The position numbers and the translations under genes are program-made. A stretch of 27,771 nt of DNA from a virus: IMG/VR virus record IMGVR_UViG_3300048606_000091; one strand, given 5' to 3'. Below, piece by piece: positions 1-8,555 of the stretch. Position 1 is the first letter of the stretch. Every line of letters begins with the position of its first letter. The notes below the pieces were generated by a model. It ran no database searches, was not told where the DNA came from, and was given only the letters and a program-made list of their open reading frames with translations.

Positions 1-100
1 TCTCTCATATGAAGTGGCAATCTGGGTACGTCCGGTACCGGACACCTTTCGCTTGGGGCGATCAACCCCCGCACCGCCACGCTCTCGGGCGTTGCCACAG

Positions 101-172
101 AGCCACAGCTGGGAATCGGACCCAGAATCTCCTCCATACCAAGGAGGTGTCATACCACTAGACCACTGTGAC
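101..172 (-). tRNA. trnT: tRNA-Thr(GGU)
   Basis: Cloverleaf on minus strand: acceptor GTCACAG/CTGTGGC, anticodon arm CCTCC-TTGGTAT-GGAGG, T arm CTGGG-TCCGATT-CCCAG (C in place of U55); no encoded CCA. Confidence 0.88.
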
Positions 173-186
173 AGGTATTGCTTGCG

Positions 187-257
187 AGCCCTCGACCAGA
201 ATTGAACTGGCGTCCTAACCTTGGCAAGGTTATGTCTTACCACTAGACGACGAGGAC
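187..257 (-). tRNA. trnG: tRNA-Gly(GCC)
   Basis: Acceptor GTCCTCG/CGAGGGC, anticodon arm TAACC-TTGCCAA-GGTTA, T loop TTCAATT, discriminator U. Confidence 0.92.
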
Positions 258-311
258 AAAAGCCTGGGCAGTCCCGAAAGACGCCCAGGAGTTAGACGAA
301 CCGCACGTGCG

Positions 312-384
312 AGCCTCGACGGAGAATCGAACTCCGATACCCTGGTTGGAAGCCAGGCGCATTTATCCAGTATGCTACCGAGAC
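312..384 (-). tRNA. trnG: tRNA-Gly(UCC)
   Basis: Anticodon arm CCTGG-CTTCCAA-CCAGG, T arm CGGAG-TTCGATT-CTCCG, discriminator U. Confidence 0.92.
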
Positions 385-398
385 AGATATTACTTGCG

Positions 399-470
399 AG
401 CCCCCACGACGAATCGAACGCCGGACCAACTGCTTACAAGGCAGCCGTTCTACCACTGAACTATAGAGGC
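399..470 (-). tRNA. trnT: tRNA-Thr(UGU)
   Basis: D arm GTTC-AGTGGTA-GAAC, anticodon arm GCTGC-CTTGTAA-GCAGT, T loop TTCGATT. Confidence 0.93.
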
Positions 471-596
471 ATATTTAATTGTGTAGTCGGAAGGCCCGGG
501 CGGGTCCGGTTTGATCCGATTAGGGAAGTCACTTGCGTTGTGTATCCGGAGCCGCCGGAGTCCTTCTTGCGAGGCTTAGTCTTACGGCTACCTCAG

Positions 597-669
597 TACC
601 GATGACACGAGTCGAACGTGCATCCCGCTGATCCGAAGTCAGCTGCTCTGTCCTTTAAGCTACATCGGC
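597..669 (-). tRNA. trnR: tRNA-Arg(UCG)
   Basis: Acceptor GCCGATG/CATCGGT, anticodon arm GCTGA-CTTCGGA-TCAGC, T loop TTCGACT. Confidence 0.9.
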
Positions 670-724
670 TTGAAAGCATACTTTCTGGGCACCGTAGTGT
701 TACCAGCTGCTATGCCAGACATCG

Positions 725-799
725 TGGAACCGACAGGCATCGAACCTGCGACCTCCTGTGTGCAAAACAGGCGCTGCTACCGAACTGAGCTACGGCCCC
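725..799 (-). tRNA. trnA: tRNA-Ala(UGC)
   Basis: GGGGCCG/CGGTTCC acceptor with the G3-U70 alanine identity pair; anticodon arm CCTGT-TTTGCAC-ACAGG. Confidence 0.95.
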
Positions 800-837
800 A
801 TGAAAAATGTAGTTGTCAGAGCTACAGTGTACTAACG

Positions 838-908
838 TAGAGACACAAGGAATCGAACCTCGATAAACCGGGTGTAGGCCGGTCGCTCTCCCGTTGAGCT
901 ATGCCTCC
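838..908 (-). tRNA. trnV: tRNA-Val(UAC)
   Basis: Anticodon arm ACCGG-CCTACAC-CCGGT (C at position 33), T arm CGAGG-TTCGATT-CCTTG. Confidence 0.88.
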
Positions 909-1109
909 ATGTTCGGGGAATCGGGCCCCTTTCCCCAGCTGGTTAGTCTGGGTACTCCGGGCCCTATCCCCAGGAGCCCGCCTCGACCGATCCGCGCATC
1001 CCCACCACAGGGACCGCCTGAACCGACCTGCGCAACACCTTGTCTAGAAGTTCTACCCAAGGGGGCCGGCAGCAAGCTGGTCGGGGTTAACTTCCTTGAG
1101 TAGAACTCG

Positions 1110-1184
1110 TACCCCCGGCGGGACTCGAACCCGCGATCTCTGCCTTGAGAGGGCAGCGTCCACTCCATGCTGGACCGAGAGGGC
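1110..1184 (-). tRNA. trnE: tRNA-Glu(CUC)
   Basis: Anticodon arm CTGCC-CTCTCAA-GGCAG, T arm GCGGG-TTCGAGT-CCCGC; one acceptor-stem mismatch. Confidence 0.9.
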
Positions 1185-1205
1185 TTGAAGTTTTCAACTA
1201 CAGCT

Positions 1206-1234
1206 ACTGTAGCATGGCAAGGCGAGCATGTCAA
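1206..1234 (-). promoter_or_regulatory. Sigma70/SigA-type promoter for the left tRNA cluster, same family as the cassette promoters
   Basis: TTGACA-TGCTCGCCTTGCCATGC(17 nt)-TACAGT; the spacer matches the TGCTCGCCTTGC motif of the MTNT cassettes. Confidence 0.8.
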
Positions 1235-1480
1235 CAACTTGCTGTGCTCGACCTCTGGAGATGTTATACCCGCCCGGAGCCAGATCGCGCCACCGGGTTA
1301 CGGGGTGGGTGGCGGTGCCGTAGCCCCCAGCACCGCCACCCAGTAAACCGCCGGCCCAGCTCCCCAGCAGGCTCGGCGGCGGGCCCCTCTCCGTTCAACG
1401 ACCCCACGGACGGCCACGATACGACCATTCGAGTGTGGCACGGGCCACACAGGTCTGCTTAACGGAGATGGCTGAGCCTA

Positions 1481-1828
1481 CTACCCGTTGACCGACACCG
1501 CCTGCCTAGAAGGCTGAGAAACCCTCCGTTTAGGAATGTGTCTACGGCGCACCACCAGTGGCTTGACCTTCTTCCCAGCCACTGCCTGGAAGGCTGGGGT
1601 GAAAGGCTCACGAGAGAGTACCGACATCACCGCTGGCGTCAGCGGGGCCTCCATATTTTCCAGCCTGCTCCGCCACACCATCCAGTTGCCCTTGGGATAC
1701 AGCGCGTTATAGCGAGTCCAGTCACACGACTCACAGATAGCATCCCCGGAGAAACCGCCTCCAATCATGACTACCACGGTATTGCTGTTACAGTTATTGC
1801 AACAACCAAAACATAGACTTTGCCACAT
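1481..1828 (-). CDS. Hypothetical Cys-rich protein
   Basis: 115-aa ORF with CxxCCxxC and CxxC; TAATG overlap with the upstream gene. Confidence 0.6.
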   Translation of the reverse strand: MWQSLCFGCCNNCNSNTVVVMIGGGFSGDAICESCDWTRYNALYPKGNWMVWRSRLENMEAPLTPAVMSVLSREPFTPAFQAVAGKKVKPLVVRRRHIPKRRVSQPSRQAVSVNG

Positions 1829-2079
1829 TATATTCCTCTGTCGACACAGTCCTCATGAACTACGTCGCCTAAATCGTCGGGATGTTGACGAACAATACAT
1901 ACCAATTCATCAGGGGAGATCGATTCCCCACATGGATCACAACGACCCTTGTACCGAGCAGGAAACGGCGACGAGACGATTACATCCTCAGATGGTCTAC
2001 TCTGTCTTGGAACTTGACCCAGGCACAGCGCACACCAGTCCGGGTGCATCTCATGTCTGCACTCAACCACGTCCTCCAT
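1828..2079 (-). CDS. Hypothetical zinc-binding protein
   Basis: 83 aa; CxH...CxxC and ARYxGxCxxC...HxxC patterns. Confidence 0.7.
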   Translation of the reverse strand: MEDVVECRHEMHPDWCALCLGQVPRQSRPSEDVIVSSPFPARYKGRCDPCGESISPDELVCIVRQHPDDLGDVVHEDCVDRGI

Positions 2080-2121
2080 GCCCGAATGATTCGTCTGCGG
2101 GACAAGGACGTACGGGAATAA

Positions 2122-2427
2122 TCACTCAGAAGTCGTACCGGGGGACTGCCGGACGTCTGCCTCTTTTGCCATCCGTTCAGCGCGCAACCACGACCGGTCA
2201 ACGATCACCGCGTTCACGGTGAAGGCGGCGAAGATCACCGTCAACACGATCGGAATCCCGAGCAGCAGGGAGTACCCGAGCCATTCGATGCCCCGGGTCG
2301 GAGAGGTGGCCATGACGGCGACCAGGAACAGCCACACACCCAGCAGCGACGCAGCCAAACACACCCGCCACCCGGCATCGACCAGGTCGGATTTACGACG
2401 TCTGGGATGTCCGCCTGAAAAACGCAT
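2122..2427 (-). CDS. Hypothetical membrane protein
   Basis: 101 aa with two hydrophobic segments. Confidence 0.65.
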   Translation of the reverse strand: MRFSGGHPRRRKSDLVDAGWRVCLAASLLGVWLFLVAVMATSPTRGIEWLGYSLLLGIPIVLTVIFAAFTVNAVIVDRSWLRAERMAKEADVRQSPGTTSE

Positions 2428-2534
2428 TAAATCACTTGTCTAGGTTTGATGACCATGGGGGAAACCAGAAGTATTCAGAAGCTCCTGGGCAAAGTCAAAT
2501 TCATGTGTAAGCGTATCGAAACCCTCAGCGCCCA

Positions 2535-2897
2535 TCAAGCCACCCGGGCGGTGCCGCGCACCGAGGGGGCCCACGACACGTTGGACACGGGCCGAGGTTC
2601 GATCGTCAATCCCGAGAAGACCATAGTCTGCCCCACATCGCAATTCTCCACTTGCTTATTGATCAGAGAAATCATGTCGGTAGCGATCTCCACCGGATCA
2701 CACGTCAGCGAGGAGAACGTCATCACCGCCACGTGCGGTGCCCAGTGCGCCACGATGCCCACGGGTCGAAGACTTACCGCCCAGTCCGGGCTCAAACATT
2801 CACGGAATACGTCTATCAGGTCATGCGTGGGGCATTTCAGCGCGTCAGGATCAAAGTCAAAACACAACAGTAGATACCAATTCTGGTCTACTGGCAT
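2535..2897 (-). CDS. Hypothetical protein
   Basis: 120-aa ORF co-oriented with neighbours, globular composition. Confidence 0.55.
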   Translation of the reverse strand: MPVDQNWYLLLCFDFDPDALKCPTHDLIDVFRECLSPDWAVSLRPVGIVAHWAPHVAVMTFSSLTCDPVEIATDMISLINKQVENCDVGQTMVFSGLTIEPRPVSNVSWAPSVRGTARVA

Positions 2898-2911
2898 TTC
2901 AAGTCACCAGC

Positions 2912-3154
2912 TCACGTAGAATCTAGTCCACAACCAAGACAAACTAGGACAGTGCCATCAAAAAACCACTTAGTGCCGTATTCTTCTCTACCTGGACAGT
3001 CTTCGGGTGTGTGCAGCCAGGCCAACCCGGTCAGCTCCAGCACGCGACGGATGGGATACACGAACTCCCGAGCGGGGGTGTGATACGCGGGCGCGTCACC
3101 CCAGGAAGCATCCGCGCTGGTCAACAGCGGACCGTCGTACAACTCGTAGCTCAC
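2912..3154 (-). CDS. Hypothetical protein with a C-terminal CxxC
   Basis: 80 aa; GTG start 6 nt after GGGTAGAAC; HxxxxC...CxxC. Confidence 0.65.
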   Translation of the reverse strand: MSYELYDGPLLTSADASWGDAPAYHTPAREFVYPIRRVLELTGLAWLHTPEDCPGREEYGTKWFFDGTVLVCLGCGLDST

Positions 3155-3174
3155 ACCGGTGTTCTACCCCGGGG

Positions 3175-3492
3175 CTACCGAGATGAGATCCGGATGGTCT
3201 GCTCGAACTCGTGGCGCGTCAGCGAAGTGCGGGCGCCAGCAAGGCGCAACGCCTGGTGTCGAGCGGCCACGGGGTACGCGGAGTAGGTCTCGTACACGCG
3301 TCCGGTGGCGGCTGCGCGGGCCCGGATCACCGCGTTCTTAAATTTGTCACACAGGATCTTAGGCACGGTGCGGTAGCCCATCGCGGACTCCATGAGCCGA
3401 GCTTCCATAGCCAGGGCCGCGCGCAGCATGTAAATCTCGTCGATAGCAGCGGAATACAACTCCATGGGTACGGAGTCAGGATCAGAGGGCAC
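3175..3492 (-). CDS. Hypothetical protein
   Basis: 105 aa; GGAGG SD ahead of the GTG start. Confidence 0.7.
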   Translation of the reverse strand: MPSDPDSVPMELYSAAIDEIYMLRAALAMEARLMESAMGYRTVPKILCDKFKNAVIRARAAATGRVYETYSAYPVAARHQALRLAGARTSLTRHEFEQTIRISSR

Positions 3493-3693
3493 GACTAGCC
3501 TCCAGATTGAAATGAGAGAGCTGTTGTAATACCCAAGGAAATTGGCTGCCTAGCAGGTACAGACGGGGAGAGCCAGATCGCTATACCCATAACATAGTTC
3601 AGCTACACCCGGCAGGGACAGTCAAGAAACGCACCATCGCGCGGGGTCTGGGAGCGAAAGCGACCGTGGGTTCAGAGGACGTGACAGGAAATT

Positions 3694-3912
3694 TCAGCTG
3701 TGTTCATTCTCTTCGGATGGTGATGACGAAGCTGACACCAGGTCGGAAACGGGCAACACGATCATGCCACGGCTCTGCGCGTACCGCCGGGCGAGAGCAC
3801 GCCAGCCGGCCTGTTGAGAGGGGGAGAGGTCCATCCACCGGGCACCGGGGTTCACCTCGGCGTGAGCGATCTCAGCCACCTCTTCGAGGCTGAACCACCG
3901 GGCGTGCATCAA
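3694..3912 (-). CDS. Hypothetical protein
   Basis: 72 aa; start overlaps the stop of the upstream ORF. Confidence 0.6.
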   Translation of the reverse strand: MMHARWFSLEEVAEIAHAEVNPGARWMDLSPSQQAGWRALARRYAQSRGMIVLPVSDLVSASSSPSEENEHS

Positions 3913-4124
3913 TACATCAGCCCCCGGACATCGGCGTCGGTCAGATCGTAAAACTCGTTGGTGACAATCGTCGGTGGCGGAGCTGGCTCTAGGTCCCGGG
4001 AGTCCAACTCCTCCCAGAGCACGTCGTTGGCGCCACTCCAGAGGTCACCGATCTCCGCTTTGATCGCGCGCCACTGCCGACGCGTCAGGGTGATCGAAAT
4101 ACGAACATCATCGTGTTCCGTCAT
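3909..4124 (-). CDS. Hypothetical protein
   Basis: 71 aa from MTEHDD; ATGA overlap with the upstream ORF (the track start at 4145 is an alternative). Confidence 0.6.
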   Translation of the reverse strand: MTEHDDVRISITLTRRQWRAIKAEIGDLWSGANDVLWEELDSRDLEPAPPPTIVTNEFYDLTDADVRGLMY

Positions 4125-4282
4125 GTGTTCACCCACATCTTGCATGTATCACACCAGATAACATTCTCTTCAGCGGGATCGGACAGCCGGATCATCAGGT
4201 CGTGCCCCACGTGATCGTGGCCATAGAGGATGTCCGACCAATCCGACGCCTCCACGCCGCGCGGTGACTGGTGAAAGAGCAC
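4121..4282 (-). CDS. Hypothetical protein
   Basis: 53 aa from a GTG with a GGAGG SD; CxxC near the C-terminus; part of track ORF 4121..4375. Confidence 0.45.
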   Translation of the reverse strand: MLFHQSPRGVEASDWSDILYGHDHVGHDLMIRLSDPAEENVIWCDTCKMWVNT

Positions 4283-4296
4283 AACGACCCCCTCCC

Positions 4297-4665
4297 CTAC
4301 CGGTCCTGTTCGGCGAGAGCCGCCTCCAACGCGCCGCCCGGGACCACGATGCCGAGGTACTCCAGCATCGCGCACGCCCGATCACGGAGGTCCGAGTCCG
4401 GCAAGACGATGCTGTGCGCGCCCAACAGGCCGCGCAGCGAGGCCACCATGACCAGGATGCCGTCCTCTTCGAGGTCATCCAGATACACCCGGCGGGGCAG
4501 CGGTTCGCGGGCGAGCACGCGCGGGGAGGCCAGCACGGGGGAGCGCGGCGCGAACAACTGGTTCGACGGGGGATGGGTCACCCCGAGCGCGTCGAACAAC
4601 CGCTGGTCCGCCAGCGCGCGAACCTCCCGGCGGGCCCGCAGAAAATCTCGGAACCGGCCCATCAC
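4297..4665 (-). CDS. Hypothetical protein
   Basis: 122-aa ORF in a co-oriented run. Confidence 0.6.
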   Translation of the reverse strand: MMGRFRDFLRARREVRALADQRLFDALGVTHPPSNQLFAPRSPVLASPRVLAREPLPRRVYLDDLEEDGILVMVASLRGLLGAHSIVLPDSDLRDRACAMLEYLGIVVPGGALEAALAEQDR

Positions 4666-4675
4666 GAACCCACTT

Positions 4676-4831
4676 TCATATCTGCCTATTTTTATCTGAG
4701 GTTAGCTGGTACACCAGCCAACTCATGAACAACGCCGCGCCCGCGAAAGCCAGCAGTCCAGCGAAGTGGTAGACCACCAGCAGCGCTAGGAACAGCACCA
4801 GAATGAGCAGTGCCTGGACCAGCAATTCCAC
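4676..4831 (-). CDS. Small membrane protein
   Basis: Hand-translated 51 aa MELLVQALLILVLFLALLVVYHFAGLLAFAGAALFMSWLVYQ..., two hydrophobic stretches, starts 2 nt after the exonuclease stop. Confidence 0.6.
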   Translation of the reverse strand: MELLVQALLILVLFLALLVVYHFAGLLAFAGAALFMSWLVYQLTSDKNRQI

Positions 4832-4833
4832 CG

Positions 4834-5394
4834 CTACCAGCTTTCAAGAACATTCAGGTAGTCCGCGATCTGCATGTCGAAACGGGCATCGTGCAGAGCG
4901 TGGTGCTCGGTCTTCGGTTCCTGCTCGAACGGCAGCTTCTTCCACCGCGACTGGCCCGACTCCTTGAGCTGGCGCTCGTGCTCCTGCTTAAGGCAGTTGG
5001 TCCGCTTCGGGATGCCGCGCGGCACCTCGATCATCCGACCCCACAGCTGGCACAGCACGACGTGGTCATAGGCCGCCCACCAAGCCCAGGTCTCGCTAGG
5101 CTTGGCGGTCTCGTTGTCCCAGAAGAAATCCTTCACCTCTTCAGCGATCTGCGCCCGGGGCTTCATGTCGGGGTGAAAGACGTCCGGGATGATGCCACCG
5201 TAGGAGTCCACGCTGTGCGGCAGGTGGGGCTTGACCACGTTGTCAACCATCCACGGCACCTGCAGAACGCGCTTCCACGGGGCATCGGAGTTGATCGCGT
5301 AGTACTCACGGCCGTTGGCGGCGCACAGCCCGATCGAAATCAGCTCGACGGTGTGGCCGTCATCTAGGAACTCGGTGTCCAGGGTGAATATCAT
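4834..5394 (-). CDS. 3'-5' exoribonuclease, RNase AS / Rv2179c-like (DEDDh)
   Basis: Motifs LDTEF..LISIG, AYDHVVLCQLWGRM, HHALHDAR typical of the actinobacterial RNase AS family. Confidence 0.88.
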   Translation of the reverse strand: MIFTLDTEFLDDGHTVELISIGLCAANGREYYAINSDAPWKRVLQVPWMVDNVVKPHLPHSVDSYGGIIPDVFHPDMKPRAQIAEEVKDFFWDNETAKPSETWAWWAAYDHVVLCQLWGRMIEVPRGIPKRTNCLKQEHERQLKESGQSRWKKLPFEQEPKTEHHALHDARFDMQIADYLNVLESW

Positions 5395-5522
5395 GACCGT
5401 GTCCTACCACTGCTCATCAGGATAGTGCGGGACGGCGTGCGCGGCTGCCCGTGCCGACAGCTTGGCAAACCCGAGCGCCCCCAACACCCGGGCCAGCACG
5501 GACCACGCACGCCGCCGGGGGC

Positions 5523-5732
5523 TCACCCGTTGCCAGTCCACGCCTGGCATGCCTGGGCGGATTCCATCACCTTGCGACCCGCTGCCTCCAGCGGCTCCAG
5601 CGCGGAAGCGTTCTGGTTTTCCAGGTTCTGACCCTCGTCTTCTACTTCCTTGATAGCCTGCTTGAGGATACCCATCTGCTCCTCAAATTCTGCATACGAC
5701 GCCACTACCACTCTCCCACCACTAGGAAACAA
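5523..5732 (-). CDS. Hypothetical coiled-coil protein
   Basis: Acidic, helical 69 aa; start uncertain. Confidence 0.5.
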   Translation of the reverse strand: MFPSGGRVVVASYAEFEEQMGILKQAIKEVEDEGQNLENQNASALEPLEAAGRKVMESAQACQAWTGNG

Positions 5733-5747
5733 CTACAGCGTTCCCTA

Positions 5748-6131
5748 CTACCCCGCGAAGTCGCGCGGCCCCGTTTCCATGTACCCGGCGTCTTCCAGCG
5801 TGATCCGCTCGCCCTTATCGGGAGAATTCTCCACCCACACCGAGCCCGGCTGATATGAACAAGCATCTGCTCTGCTGTCCAACACCGAGTCCGGATCGCT
5901 GTCGTCTGCTCGCGGCGACGAACACCGCACCCCGTCCACCGCCCGCACTCGCAGCTGATCCACTACCCGATCCACCAAACTCGCCACACTATCCAAATTC
6001 CCTATTTCATTGCCCCGCACTACCAACTCAGTATGCGGATGCGCGTAGTACTTCGTCCTCCGACTAGTAGTCGTGTTGTTTTCTTCCACCCAAACCCGCA
6101 GCGTCGCCCTCACCCTGTGCTCGTTGCTCAT
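5748..6131 (-). CDS. Hypothetical protein
   Basis: From MSNEHR within track ORF 5748..6158. Confidence 0.55.
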   Translation of the reverse strand: MSNEHRVRATLRVWVEENNTTTSRRTKYYAHPHTELVVRGNEIGNLDSVASLVDRVVDQLRVRAVDGVRCSSPRADDSDPDSVLDSRADACSYQPGSVWVENSPDKGERITLEDAGYMETGPRDFAG

Positions 6132-6327
6132 CCCGAAACGCCCTTCGTAGGTACTCACCCGGCAACCAGACCGGCTCGCTTGCTTGTTCTACCGCTGTGA
6201 GTACTACCTGTTCCGCCCTGCTGAGCCTCTCCAGCTCAGCGAGAACGAGCGAAGCGACCTCGGAGGCTGGCAGTCCCATCTCGGCGATAAAGGCGAGCCA
6301 GCGACGGGCCTCAGGCAGAGTGGCCAT
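6064..6327 (-). CDS. Hypothetical protein
   Basis: 87 aa, helical N-terminal part; overlaps the next gene. Confidence 0.5.
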   Translation of the reverse strand: MATLPEARRWLAFIAEMGLPASEVASLVLAELERLSRAEQVVLTAVEQASEPVWLPGEYLRRAFRDEQRAQGEGDAAGLGGRKQHDY

Positions 6328-6639
6328 GCTTGAATGCTGTCCTAGGGTATTTGGGGAAATTTCAGAAAAAATTTGTGAGCCGGTTTTTGGCTATAGAGGT
6401 ATTTCGGATTGAGCTGTGACGAAGGGGGTGGGTATGGGGAGGCGGAGATGCGAGAGGGAAGGGTGCGAGGGATGCAGGCTCAGGAGGGAGGCACTAACGA
6501 GGGCGCGAGGATTGAGGCGCGGGAGAATTGTCACGAGGGAAACTGACAAATCAGAGAAATCGAGATCGCTGGGTGGGGTGGCTATCCAGCGGGTGGGGGA
6601 GACGAATAGCCATTTGCACTAGTCGAATTTCGGTTTGGT

Positions 6640-7480
6640 AACACAGAAAGGCACAGCAATAGCAGCAAAGAAAGGGGGCCCCATAGCACAGGAAAGCAAG
6701 CGAGCAAGGAGAGAAAGGGGGCCCCATTCACACAGGGGCACAACGCACACACGCAATGAATGAATGCGTGAATGAATACACATGAATGAATGACACACAA
6801 TGAATACACAAATAGAAATGACAATACATAAATACAATTGTGAATTAATAAATAAAAATAAATTAATTATTATATTTATTTAATAACATACATAACATCA
6901 TTGATTATATTTAATAAATATATTTTATTTAATTATTATATCAATCACATATACATGTGCATACCATACACATAGGTACATACCATACATACAATGCACA
7001 TACACACACATACCATGCATACACATAGGTACATGGGTAGTACATACACACACGTATATACACATACCATATACCAATGCACATACAGTACATATACATA
7101 GGTACATACCATACACATAACATACAATAGGGTACACATACATATAGGTACATACCATACAATAGGGTACACATACACATGCATGTATATAGGTACCATA
7201 TACATACCCCCATGTGAGGGGGGGGTAGCAGAAGGGGGGTACCACACAGGGGCAGGCACACACAGAAGGGGGGCCTGTGTGCCCACGTGCAGGGGGCGCA
7301 CAGAGAGGGGCTACACAGGGAAGGGGGTGCAGGGACAGGCCCCACACAGGGCACACAGGGGCCCGCATACAGGGGGCCCTGCACAGAGGGGGGCCTGTGA
7401 GAGGGGGGTCCAGGGAAGGGGCCCTGCAGGGGGGCACACAGAAGGGCCCCCTCCGTGAGAAGGGGGCCCTGAGGGAAGAG
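6640..7480. repeat. Non-coding low-complexity region: AT-rich core, CATA/TACA tandem units and (A)GGGGGCC/CACA repeats
   Basis: Nearly pure AT at ~6830-6940; degenerate CATAGGTACATACCATAC units at ~6945-7210; repeated AGGGGG(C/T) tracts at ~7215-7480; strong strand skew. Confidence 0.85.
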
Positions 7481-7483
7481 GGG

Positions 7484-7894
7484 TCAAGCGGACATGCGGT
7501 CCGGGGCACCGCCCATCACGTTGGAATCGTCGGGCAGAGACACCGCGTCACCGGCACACGCGGCGACGGCCGACTCGGGGGCATAGATGGCCGACACAGA
7601 ATCACCGTCATCGCCCCGATAACCCTGGGCGAACAGACACTCGGCGACACCGTTGGCCGGGCCGTCATCGGGGGCAGGCACCCGGTACTCGGGGCCGCCA
7701 TATGAGGCCAGAGAAACGGCCTGAGCGGCAGCGTGCGGGGCCTCCTGGTGGGAGGTGACCGACAGGGCCACGAAGACCACGAATGCGGCCACGGCCAGCA
7801 CAGCGGGGATCAGGCGAGAGGCCAGGGAGATGGGCAGGACTGGGCCCACCACGCGCGGGACGATCGGCAGGTTCGGGATTTCGGTGTTCGTCAT
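7484..7894 (-). CDS. Membrane-anchored hypothetical protein (MTNT cassette)
   Basis: 136 aa, one TM helix, extracytoplasmic part with CL..QGY.G. Confidence 0.8.
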   Translation of the reverse strand: MTNTEIPNLPIVPRVVGPVLPISLASRLIPAVLAVAAFVVFVALSVTSHQEAPHAAAQAVSLASYGGPEYRVPAPDDGPANGVAECLFAQGYRGDDGDSVSAIYAPESAVAACAGDAVSLPDDSNVMGGAPDRMSA

Positions 7895-7944
7895 AAGACA
7901 AAACTAGCATAGGCGAGCAAGGATAGCAAGGCCAGTTTTCAGGC

Positions 7945-7976
7945 AAAAAAAGGCCCCCCTGCAGAGAGGGGGGTCC
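7945..7976 (-). terminator. Intrinsic terminator
   Basis: GC hairpin followed by T7 on the minus strand, just after the 7989 stop. Confidence 0.8.
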
Positions 7977-7988
7977 AGGGAAGGGGGG

Positions 7989-8159
7989 TCAGTCGCGCTG
8001 GCCCAGAGCGAACAGACGGCGGTCGATTTCGACCAGCGCCCGGCGGGAAATCCCGGATGCGGCCGGATCGGTGGAGTGGCGCACGTGGGCCTTCAGCTGG
8101 CCCTCCAGGGCAAACAGCTGGTTGACGTTGAGGCTGGCGAGAGATGCGATGTTCGTCAT
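7989..8159 (-). CDS. Small hypothetical protein (MTNI cassette)
   Basis: Hand-translated 56 aa MTNIASLASLNVNQLFALEG...ALGQRD; has its own promoter and terminator; below the ORF-track cutoff. Confidence 0.8.
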   Translation of the reverse strand: MTNIASLASLNVNQLFALEGQLKAHVRHSTDPAASGISRRALVEIDRRLFALGQRD

Positions 8160-8221
8160 AACACAAAGCTACACGAGCAAGGCGAGCAAGTCAAGCATTT
8201 CAGCAAGATTCTTTTTGGAGC

Positions 8222-8252
8222 AAAAAAGAGGCCCCTCCGGAGAGGGGCCTCT
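8222..8252 (-). terminator. Intrinsic terminator
   Basis: AGAGGCCCCT..AGGGGCCTCT stem with a T tract. Confidence 0.85.
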
Positions 8253-8264
8253 GAGGGAAGGGGG

Positions 8265-8504
8265 TCAGGCAGGGAACCGACGTCCCACCAAATGCCAAGC
8301 CTCGGAACGGGCACCGGGGCCGGCACCCGGATCGGCCAGGATGACCTCGGTGTAGATCTTTCCATTGCCCAACGGGGTCGAGTGAACGGTGATCTTTGCC
8401 GCCTTGCGAGTCCGCGCGAAATTCACCGCGTCCAGCACATCGACATAGGTGTCGGTCGACAACGCGCCGTAGAAAGTGGGGGCCTCAGTGGTGGTGTTCG
8501 TCAT
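8265..8504 (-). CDS. Hypothetical protein (MTNT cassette)
   Basis: 79 aa, flanked by cassette promoter and terminator. Confidence 0.8.
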   Translation of the reverse strand: MTNTTTEAPTFYGALSTDTYVDVLDAVNFARTRKAAKITVHSTPLGNGKIYTEVILADPGAGPGARSEAWHLVGRRFPA

Positions 8505-8555
8505 GACACAAAACTAGCATAGGCGAGCAAGGATAGCAACACCCAATTTTCGAGC

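Noticed and set aside
909-1107. tmRNA, RNase P or SRP RNA identity for the long spacers
   Set aside because: Too short and lacking recognisable hallmark motifs by eye; left as unassigned structured RNA
4113-4124. ATGACGGAACAC start resembling the tag with a 1-nt insertion
   Set aside because: No cassette promoter and an internal, coupled start; likely coincidence, not counted among the 20
5413-5420. Hammerhead core CTGATGA(G) here and in the tRNA-Ile anticodon loop (18833-18839)
   Set aside because: No downstream GAAA or compatible three-stem arrangement
6582-7509. Cys/Val/Tyr/Met-rich ORFs in several frames
   Set aside because: Translations of low-complexity repeats, open in all three minus frames
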